Position numbers and translations under genes: made by a program. A DNA stretch of 64,000 bases from Candidatus Aminicenantes bacterium (GTDB taxonomy: Bacteria; Acidobacteriota; Aminicenantia; Aminicenantales; UBA4085). Positions 56,821 to 64,000 of this stretch are shown here, piece by piece (the stretch's first letter is position 1; the number at the start of each line of letters is the position of its first letter). The notes beneath the pieces were generated by a model. It was not told the DNA's origin and did not search any database. It saw only the letters and a list, made by a program, of their open reading frames with translations. The DNA is taken from assembly GCA_003141555.1 (NCBI GenBank), contig PLMN01000023.1, positions 79,916 to 143,915 of the forward strand, written 5' to 3'.

Positions 56821-59250
56821 TTATTTCACCTTCCACTCCTGGACTCCCGCCGAGAGCTTCTCGGGCAGCTTGACCTCGATCCGCAGGGCCGTGGTCGTCA
56901 CGGGCGCAAATTTCACGGTGTTATAGACGTCCTTGGCCGTGCCGTACGGGCCCGCGGCTTTGACCGGGACCCATTTGTCGCCGTCCTTGTAAAGCGCACC
57001 CCAGAAGGCCGGGACCCGGCATTCGCCTTCGCCCGTGTCGTCGAACCAGTAGACCGACGTCTCGGAAAGCGTCACCGGCGCGCTAAAATCGTACTGGACC
57101 CATTCCGCCGTGCCCTTCTTCGGCCACCAGTGGAGATAGCCGCGGTCGTGGTCGTTCGAGTTACTGGGATCGTACAGGTCGTGGACGGCCTCGACGCCTT
57201 TGCCGCCCGGCGAGCACGTGACCTTGGCCGCCGAGGCCAGGGTCGGCTCGGGGACGGGCGACGCCTTCCCCGGCTCGCGGGCGAACCAGACCTCCATCTC
57301 GCCCCGGCCGCGGTGCGCCCAGGAATAATACGGGATGAGCGTCAGCGCCTTCTTTTCGCCGATGAGCTTGCCGCCTTTGTATCTGTACGCCGTCGCCTCG
57401 CCGCCGATCACGGTGACGCCGTTCAGGAGGTCGGGCTTCGCCGCGGCCGCGAGCGGAGCCTTGTCGTCGAGGACGAGATTGCTCACGGCGCCGCCCTCGT
57501 CCACGCCTTCCGCGCAATAGACGAGCGGCCCGCGCTCGATCGCCGCCCGACCAATGTCGGCCTTGAGGCTGGGATGGGCCAGGACGCGATGGACGGGCAT
57601 CGGGAGGACGACCTCGACCAGGTCGCCCGTCCGCCAGGCGCGGGCGATCGGCGCGTAGCCCTTATCGAGGGCGAAAGCGACCGCCTTGCCGTTGACCTTG
57701 ACGACGGGCTTGTCCTTCGTCTCTTCGGCATAGCGGTAGAGATCGCTTGGCACGGGCCGGCCCTGGGCCCAGCCGGGGATGCGGATCATCAGAGTGAACG
57801 CCGCGTCCTTTTCGGGGGCGACTTTGATCTTGACGTCCCCGTCCCAGGGATAGGCGGTCTCCTGGGCAAGCCCAACTTTGCCGGACGCCGTGGCGAGCTC
57901 CGCCGTCCCCTCGTTGAACATATTCACGTAGATCTTGTCTCCCTGGACGCCGTAGGCGAATCCGCCGAGCTCGGCGATGAAGCGGGCCACGTTCGGGGGG
58001 CAGCAGGCGCAGGTGAACCAGGGCGTGCGCGCTTGCTGGCCGTGCGAGGCGAGCGGGTTGGGATAGAAGAACGCGTCGCCGCTCATCCCGTAGCCCGAAA
58101 GGAAGGCGTTGTACGAGGCGCGCTCGAACATGTCCATGTACTTGCCGTCGCCGTAATAGAGGAACATGCGCCAGTTCCAGAGGGCATAGGCGATCGTGGC
58201 GCAGGTCTCGGCATAGCCGCTCGGATTCGGAAGGTCGTAGGCCGGCCCGAAGCCCTCGATCCCCCCCGCGGCGCCGATGCCGCCGGTGAGGTAGAGCTTC
58301 TTCCCGACGATGTCCTCCCAAATCTTGTCCATGGCGTCCATGTAGCGGCGGTCGCCGGTCAGGGCCGCAATATCGGTTACGCCGGAATAGAGATACGCCG
58401 CCCGGACCGCGTGACCCACGGCCTCGGTCTGTTGGACGACGGGCAGGTGATCCTGGTTGTAGGTGCCGTAGAGCTTGTGGCCGGCCGCGTCTCCCCGCTC
58501 GTCCACGAAGAACTTGGCCAAAGCGAGATAGCGGGCCTCGCCGGTGGCCCGGAAGAGCTTGACCAGGCCCATTTCGATGACCTCGTGGCCGGGGACGGCT
58601 TTGAGCTGGCCCTTGGCCGGACCGAAGGTCTTGTCGATGAAGTCCGCGTTCTTGACGGCCAGGGCGAGGAAATTCTTCTTGCCGGTCGCCTGGAAATGGG
58701 CCACGGCCGCCTCGTACATGTGGCCGGCGCAGTAGAGCTCGTGGCTCTCCTGTTCGTTCACCCAGCGCTTCGGGCCCGACATGCGCGGCGGCTTATCCGG
58801 GTTGATCGTCCGGGCGGTGTAGATGTAGCCGTCGGGCTCCATGGCGGCCGCGATCTTGGCGATCCAGACGTCCAGGTCCTTGTTCAGGGCGGGGTCGGGA
58901 TGAAGCGCCAGGGCATAGGACGCGGCCTCCATGACCTTGTACACGTCGGAATCGTCAAAGGCGTAGGCCGTGGCGAGCTTGCCGCCCCGGGCGCCCTTGA
59001 GGGCGGCGGCCGCCAGCTCGAAGTTGCGGATCCGGCCCGTGTCCTCGCACTCCTTCATGGTGTGGCGGACGGTCACGGCCAGGTCGGTCTTCTGCCGCGC
59101 CCCCCAGAATCCGCCCGTGAAATTCACGGACGTGAGGGGCACGGCCTTGACGGCGTAATCCGGCCGGGGCGCATCCGCGGCGAATCCGATGCCAGCCGCG
59201 AGCGCGACGGCGGCGAGAGGGCGGACCAGGGTTTGAACGGCGGTTTTCAT
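56821..59250 (-). CDS. GH127 beta-L-arabinofuranosidase-like with a C-terminal discoidin-like domain
   Basis: DDSDVYK, HELYCAGH, VGHAVRA, YAETCAT, CACCPPN; C-terminal EWVQYDF..VYWFDD. Confidence 0.92.
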   Translation of the reverse strand: MKTAVQTLVRPLAAVALAAGIGFAADAPRPDYAVKAVPLTSVNFTGGFWGARQKTDLAVTVRHTMKECEDTGRIRNFELAAAALKGARGGKLATAYAFDDSDVYKVMEAASYALALHPDPALNKDLDVWIAKIAAAMEPDGYIYTARTINPDKPPRMSGPKRWVNEQESHELYCAGHMYEAAVAHFQATGKKNFLALAVKNADFIDKTFGPAKGQLKAVPGHEVIEMGLVKLFRATGEARYLALAKFFVDERGDAAGHKLYGTYNQDHLPVVQQTEAVGHAVRAAYLYSGVTDIAALTGDRRYMDAMDKIWEDIVGKKLYLTGGIGAAGGIEGFGPAYDLPNPSGYAETCATIAYALWNWRMFLYYGDGKYMDMFERASYNAFLSGYGMSGDAFFYPNPLASHGQQARTPWFTCACCPPNVARFIAELGGFAYGVQGDKIYVNMFNEGTAELATASGKVGLAQETAYPWDGDVKIKVAPEKDAAFTLMIRIPGWAQGRPVPSDLYRYAEETKDKPVVKVNGKAVAFALDKGYAPIARAWRTGDLVEVVLPMPVHRVLAHPSLKADIGRAAIERGPLVYCAEGVDEGGAVSNLVLDDKAPLAAAAKPDLLNGVTVIGGEATAYRYKGGKLIGEKKALTLIPYYSWAHRGRGEMEVWFAREPGKASPVPEPTLASAAKVTCSPGGKGVEAVHDLYDPSNSNDHDRGYLHWWPKKGTAEWVQYDFSAPVTLSETSVYWFDDTGEGECRVPAFWGALYKDGDKWVPVKAAGPYGTAKDVYNTVKFAPVTTTALRIEVKLPEKLSAGVQEWKVK

Positions 59251-59507
59251 GGGTCACCTCACCACGGACATTTCAAAAAAATCAATATAGTACAGCGCCC
59301 CGGAAAAGGAAAGGCGGCGGCCGGGGCGGCCGCTTCGGCCTGCACCCCCGCGCAAGCCGGTGCCCCGGGCTCTTGCCGGGGGATCATTTCCCGCCGTACT
59401 CACTCGCGCCTACAATCGGGAGTGAGTGCGGCGGCAACAGGGGTCTTGTCTCGACGGTCCCATGGAATATAATCCGGATCACGTCCCGCGTTCCGAGGAG
59501 GAATGGC

Positions 59508-62231
59508 ATGAAAAAAGCGGCGGTTCTTCTCGTCCTCGCCCTATTCTCCGGGCGGCTTGCTCCCTCCGCTCCGCCCGCGTTGTCCATCGATCGGCTCCTC
59601 GTCGACGGCGCCGCGAGCCCGCTCGGCGTCGACGCTTCGCCGCCCCGCCTCTCCTGGCAGCTCGAATCCGGGGAGCGCGGCCAGCGCCAGACGGCCTACC
59701 GCGTCCTGGCCGCCTCGACGCGGCCCCTCCTCGATCAAGACAAGGGCGATCTGTGGGACAGCGGCGAGGTGAAATCCGACGAAACCCTCGGCATCCCTTA
59801 CGGCGGCCGTCCCCTGCGCTCTTTCGAACGAGCCTGGTGGAAAGTCCGGGCCTGGGACAAGGACGGCCGGGAGACCTCCTGGAGCGAGGCTGCGACCTGG
59901 ACCATGGGGGTGCTCGCGTCCGGCGATTGGCGCGCGTCGTGGATCGGCGCCCCGCCGGCGGCGCCGGCGGCCGACGCGATGCTCCTCCAGCGCGAGATCG
60001 CCATCCGGCCCGGGCTCGCCCGCGCTCTCATCTTCGTCTGCGGCCTCGGCGTCTACGAGATGACAGTCAACGGCCGTCGGGTCGGCGAGGACCTCCTGAC
60101 GCCGGGCTGGACCAAATTCGACAAGACTTGCCTCTACGACGCCTACGACGCCACATCCCTCTTCAAGGCGGGCCGCAACGGCGTCGGCTTGCACGTCGCC
60201 AACGGCTTTTACAACGTCCGGGCCGGCCGCTACACAAAATTCAAGGGGTCCTTCGGGCCGATCAAGGCCATCGCCCTAGTCCGCCTCGAATATGCCGACG
60301 GCACCGTGGAATATGTCGGCACGGACGCCTCCTGGCGTCACGGCCCGAGCCCGATCACCTTCTCCTGCATGTACGGCGGTGAGGACTACGACGCCCGGCT
60401 CGAGCCGCGCGGCTGGGACGGCCCGGACTTCGATGACGCGGGCTGGGCGGCCGCGGCCGTTGTCCCGGGACCCGGAAGCGACCTCCGCGGCGCCTCGAAC
60501 GCCGCTCCGCCGGTCCGGGCGATCGCCCGCCTGAAGCCCTCCGCCGTCCGCGAAATCCGGCCCGGCACAGCCGTCTACGACCTGGGGCAGAACGCGCCGG
60601 TCATGCTCGCCCTCGAAGCGAGAGGGGCCGCCGGCTCGTCCGTCCGGGTGACGCCCGCCGAGCTCGTCCATGCCGACGGCACGATCGACCGCGTCTCCGT
60701 GGGCGGCGGCGAGGCCTTCTGGCAATACACGCTGGCCGGGCGCGGGCTCGAAGCGTATACGGCCAAGTTCTTTTACCACGGCGCCCGCTATCTTCAAGTC
60801 GAGCGCCGGCCGGCGTCTCCGGGAGGGCCGCTGCCCGAGGTCGCCTCTCTCGAAGGCATCGTCGTCCACACATCCTCGGCCGCCATCGGCGATTTCGCCT
60901 GCTCGAACGGGCTGTTCGACCGCATCCGGACGCTGGTCCGCTGGGCCCAGCGGGCCAACATCATGAGCCTGATCACCGACTGCCCCCACCGCGAGCGGCT
61001 GGGCTGGCTGGAGCAATACCACCTCAACGGGCCGTCGCTGAGGTACGAGTGGGACCTCGGTCGCCTCTTCGCCAAGACGATGGCCGACATGGCCGACTCC
61101 CAGCTTCCGGACGGCCTCGTCCCCGACACCGCGCCCGAATACACGGTCTTTTCGGGCGGCTTCCGCGACTCCCCGGAATGGGGAAGCGCGTACGTCCTCG
61201 TCCCCTGGCAGCAATACGAATGGACGGGCGACGCCGATCTCCTCGGCCGCCACTACGCGGGCATGGCCCGCTACGTCGATTACCTGGCCTCCAAGGCCAA
61301 GGGGCACATCGTCTCGCACGGCCTGGGCGACTGGTACGACCTCGGGCCCAAGCCCCCCGGCGAGGCCCAGCTCACGCCGAAGGCTCTGACCGCGACGGCG
61401 TTCTTTTATGAAGACACGCAGGTCATGGAAAGGGCGGCGGCGCTCCTGGGAAAAGCGGCGGATGCGCAGCTTTACGCCGCGCGCGCCGCGGACATCCGGG
61501 CGGCCTTCAACGCGGCCTTCCTCGACCCCGCGACCGGGATCTACGCCGGCGGCTCGCAGGCGGGAAACGCCATCCCCCTGGTGATGGGGCTCGTCCCGGA
61601 GGCGCGGAGGGCGGGTGTCCTGGCCGCGATCGTGGCCGACATAAGAAAGCGGGGGAACGCCCTGACCGCCGGCGACGTGGGCTATCGCTACCTCCTAAGA
61701 GCCCTGGCCGACGGCGGCCGGTCGGACGTCATCTTCGACATGAACTCCCGGTCCGAGCGGCCGGGCTACGGGTTTCAGCTCAAGGCCGGCGCCACCAGCC
61801 TGACCGAAGCCTGGGATGCGGGCCGGGACTCGTCCCAAAACCACTTCATGCTGGGGCACATCATGGAGTGGTTCTATCATGACCTGGCCGGCATCGGGGG
61901 CGACCCCGAGGGGCCGGGCTACAAGAGGATCCGGATCCGGCCCGAGCCGGTCGGCGACGTGACCTGGGCCCGGGCGAGCCTGGATTCGGTCCGGGGGCGG
62001 ATCGCGTCGGAATGGCGGATCGAGGGCGGCATGTTCAAGCTCACGGTGACGGTCCCGCCCAACACGTCGGCGCGCATCCACATGCCTTCGGCTTCGCCGG
62101 AGGCGGTGAGAGAAAGCGGCCGGCCGGCCGCGGGCAGCCCGGGCATCGCCTTCGCCGGCGTCGAGGCCGGGCGGGCGGTATTCGCCGTCGGCTCGGGGAG
62201 GTATGCGTTCGAAACACCCTGGAAGAATTAA
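59508..62231 (+). CDS. GH78 alpha-L-rhamnosidase, secreted
   Basis: DLWDSG, YGGEDYDAR, DLGQN, TDCPHRERLGW, GATSLTEAW, SQNHFMLG. Confidence 0.93.
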   Translation: MKKAAVLLVLALFSGRLAPSAPPALSIDRLLVDGAASPLGVDASPPRLSWQLESGERGQRQTAYRVLAASTRPLLDQDKGDLWDSGEVKSDETLGIPYGGRPLRSFERAWWKVRAWDKDGRETSWSEAATWTMGVLASGDWRASWIGAPPAAPAADAMLLQREIAIRPGLARALIFVCGLGVYEMTVNGRRVGEDLLTPGWTKFDKTCLYDAYDATSLFKAGRNGVGLHVANGFYNVRAGRYTKFKGSFGPIKAIALVRLEYADGTVEYVGTDASWRHGPSPITFSCMYGGEDYDARLEPRGWDGPDFDDAGWAAAAVVPGPGSDLRGASNAAPPVRAIARLKPSAVREIRPGTAVYDLGQNAPVMLALEARGAAGSSVRVTPAELVHADGTIDRVSVGGGEAFWQYTLAGRGLEAYTAKFFYHGARYLQVERRPASPGGPLPEVASLEGIVVHTSSAAIGDFACSNGLFDRIRTLVRWAQRANIMSLITDCPHRERLGWLEQYHLNGPSLRYEWDLGRLFAKTMADMADSQLPDGLVPDTAPEYTVFSGGFRDSPEWGSAYVLVPWQQYEWTGDADLLGRHYAGMARYVDYLASKAKGHIVSHGLGDWYDLGPKPPGEAQLTPKALTATAFFYEDTQVMERAAALLGKAADAQLYAARAADIRAAFNAAFLDPATGIYAGGSQAGNAIPLVMGLVPEARRAGVLAAIVADIRKRGNALTAGDVGYRYLLRALADGGRSDVIFDMNSRSERPGYGFQLKAGATSLTEAWDAGRDSSQNHFMLGHIMEWFYHDLAGIGGDPEGPGYKRIRIRPEPVGDVTWARASLDSVRGRIASEWRIEGGMFKLTVTVPPNTSARIHMPSASPEAVRESGRPAAGSPGIAFAGVEAGRAVFAVGSGRYAFETPWKN

Positions 62232-62305
62232 GGTGACAGGCAAAGCAATACCGAAATTACCGCGCCGCCATCGCCCTGAATTAAGGTATTGCCTTGCCTG
62301 TCACC
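62232..62305. repeat. 21-bp inverted repeat, REP-like (GGTGACAGGCAA type)
   Basis: GGTGACAGGCAAAGCAATACC and GGTATTGCCTTGCCTGTCACC, one mismatch. Confidence 0.75.
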
Positions 62306-62333
62306 ATAATAATAACTACGCCGCCGGCCGATA

Positions 62334-62362
62334 TTGACACATGTGGGGACAGAGAATAGGAT
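62334..62362 (+). promoter_or_regulatory. Putative sigma70 promoter
   Basis: TTGACA-N17-TAGGAT. Confidence 0.5.
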
Positions 62363-62410
62363 GAGGGGCAATCAGGCCGGTCCCCTATAGGACGCGGCAA
62401 GGAGGACAGC

Positions 62411-62971
62411 ATGAAACGTCGCCTCGCCATAATGGGAGCCGCCGGACTTCTGGCCGTCATTCTCCTGGGCACCCCTCCGGCCTTCGGAGAGGGCGTTTCG
62501 TTCCGGGGCCGGCTGTTTTCGAGCGTCGCGGGGGAAACGCCCTATAACGTCAAGATCGACATCAAGGAATTCACGCTGCTGGAAGAGGCCCAGAGGATCG
62601 TCCAGCTCATGGCCACGGGCGATGAAGACGGCTTCTACAAGCTGATCCGCAGCCTGGACAAGGGCAACATGCAGTTCATCGGCGGCCCGGGTCTCAACAT
62701 CAAGTTCAATATCGCCCAGGAATACGAGACCGAGAAGGGCTATCGGATCGTCCTCGTGACCGAAGGCCGGAGCGTGGAGCCCGGCACATCCAAGTTCCTG
62801 AACATCCCCTGGCGGTTCCTCCTCGTCATCCTGGACCTCGACAAGAAATACACCGGGGCCGGGCGAGTCTATGAGGACGCCGCGATCGGCGCGACACCGA
62901 CCGGCAACATCACCCTAGCCTCCTCTTACACGCTTTCGAAGGAGCTGGTGAACATCCGGCTCGTGAAATAG
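62411..62971 (+). CDS. Secreted hypothetical protein
   Basis: RBS AAGGAGG; signal peptide ending AFG. Confidence 0.8.
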   Translation: MKRRLAIMGAAGLLAVILLGTPPAFGEGVSFRGRLFSSVAGETPYNVKIDIKEFTLLEEAQRIVQLMATGDEDGFYKLIRSLDKGNMQFIGGPGLNIKFNIAQEYETEKGYRIVLVTEGRSVEPGTSKFLNIPWRFLLVILDLDKKYTGAGRVYEDAAIGATPTGNITLASSYTLSKELVNIRLVK

Positions 62972-63141
62972 CCGCGAATCGTCGACGGCCCAAAAGGCCA
63001 TGGCCCTCTCCAATCCGCCGGGAAAGCCCTATGGCTCGAAGGCCATTCCCGCGCGAGGAGAAGAAAAATTCCTGATTTCATCGAGGTTCTCGACTAAATT
63101 TCTATGACCGTTTCGAGGAACGTTCCCGGAGAGTGAAGGCC

Positions 63142-64000
63142 ATGACCTCTAAGCCGAAAAAGGCGAGAAGCAACCCTGAGGCGAAATCCGTCCCCGCGCT
63201 TCTGGCCGAGAACCGCGCCTTCCGGCAGAAGCTGCGGCAGCGGGAGGCGTTCGACGCCCTTCAGAAGAAGAAGGAGGAATCGGCGCGGTCGGGCCGGGCG
63301 CTGTTCAAAAACCTGCTCCAATCCAGTCCCGTGGTCTTCTAGGCCCGGGAGCCGTTCGGCGACTTCGGCTTCACGTACATTTCGGAAAACGTCCGCCAGC
63401 AGCTTGGAGTGCCGACAACCCAATTCATGCGGACGCCGAAATTCTGGGAGTCCCGCATCCATTTCGAAGAGGCCGCGCGAACCCACCGGGTCCTCGCCGA
63501 GCTGCCGGCCCAGGCCCAAGGGCGCCTTTCCCTGGAATACCGCTTTCTCCACGCCGATGGCCGCTACCATTGGCTCAAGGACGACCTCCGGTTGATCCGG
63601 AACGCCGAGGGGCTCCCCCTGGAGATCGAAGGCCATTGGCTCGACGTCACCGACCGGCGGCGGCTCGAGGAGTCGCTGTCGGACGAAGCCGCGCGCTACC
63701 ACAAGCTGGCGGAAACGGTCGGAGAAATCGTCTGGACCCGGGACGCCGAGGGCCATACGATCGCGATCAGCCCCAACGCCAGGGAGATTTTGGGATTCGA
63801 GCCGGGGGAGCTGTTGAACATGCGCCGGCGGCTATGGTGGAAGAGGATCCAACCGGAGGACGCCGTCCGGGTCAGGGCCGCATTTCAGGGGCTGATCCTC
63901 GACGGGCGGCCCTACACCGTAGACTATCGGATCAAGAGATCGGACGAATCCTGGCTCGAGGTCCGTGAAAAAGGCATCGTCCGCCGGAAGAACGACGGGC
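63142..64000 (+). pseudogene. Multi-PAS sensor gene (runs off the window) interrupted by an in-frame TAG at 63340-63342
   Basis: SSPVVF*AREPFGDFGFTYISEN..EYRFLHADGRYHWLKD..WLDVTDRR and a second PAS domain, all in one frame across the stop. Confidence 0.7.

Noticed and set aside
63094-63756. 220-aa minus-strand ORF
   Set aside because: It is the shadow of the plus-strand PAS gene, which has clear domain motifs across the TAG.

Overview
A GC-rich bacterial window. The gene repertoire (Ser/Thr kinase-TPR receptors, Acidobacterial-type VWA proteins, DUF5916, CHAT-TPR, many secreted glycoside hydrolases) suggests Acidobacteriota, possibly Aminicenantia; this is an inference, not a database result. 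In order: (1) the end of a NuoF/HydB-like gene, a large NuoG/GltD-like Fe-S flavoprotein and a PAS kinase/NtrC-type regulator pair; (2) a lower-GC block with a kinase-TPR receptor converging on a radical SAM/SPASM gene and a 66-aa putative RiPP precursor; (3) a glycosidase and a methyltransferase; (4) an uncharacterised four-gene envelope operon ending in a second radical SAM gene; (5) metK preceded by a SAM-II-like riboswitch and two terminators; (6) a QueG-like protein, a CHAT protease, a large secreted Ig-like protein, an ABC exporter, PAP2, DUF5916, Smr, a C26 hydrolase and a second kinase-TPR; (7) a rhamnose/arabinose glycan-degradation set (GH106, two GH127, GH51, GH78), a GDP-mannose 3,5-epimerase-like gene, a LysM-FecR/CHASE2-HD-GYP pair, and a VWA gene with a deleted pseudogene copy; (8) a PAS gene interrupted by an in-frame TAG. 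Several REP-like palindromes lie between genes. No rRNA, tRNA, CRISPR array or transposase was seen. The best novelty candidates are the peptide + SPASM + receptor kinase cassette, the four-gene envelope/radical SAM operon and the SAM-II leader.
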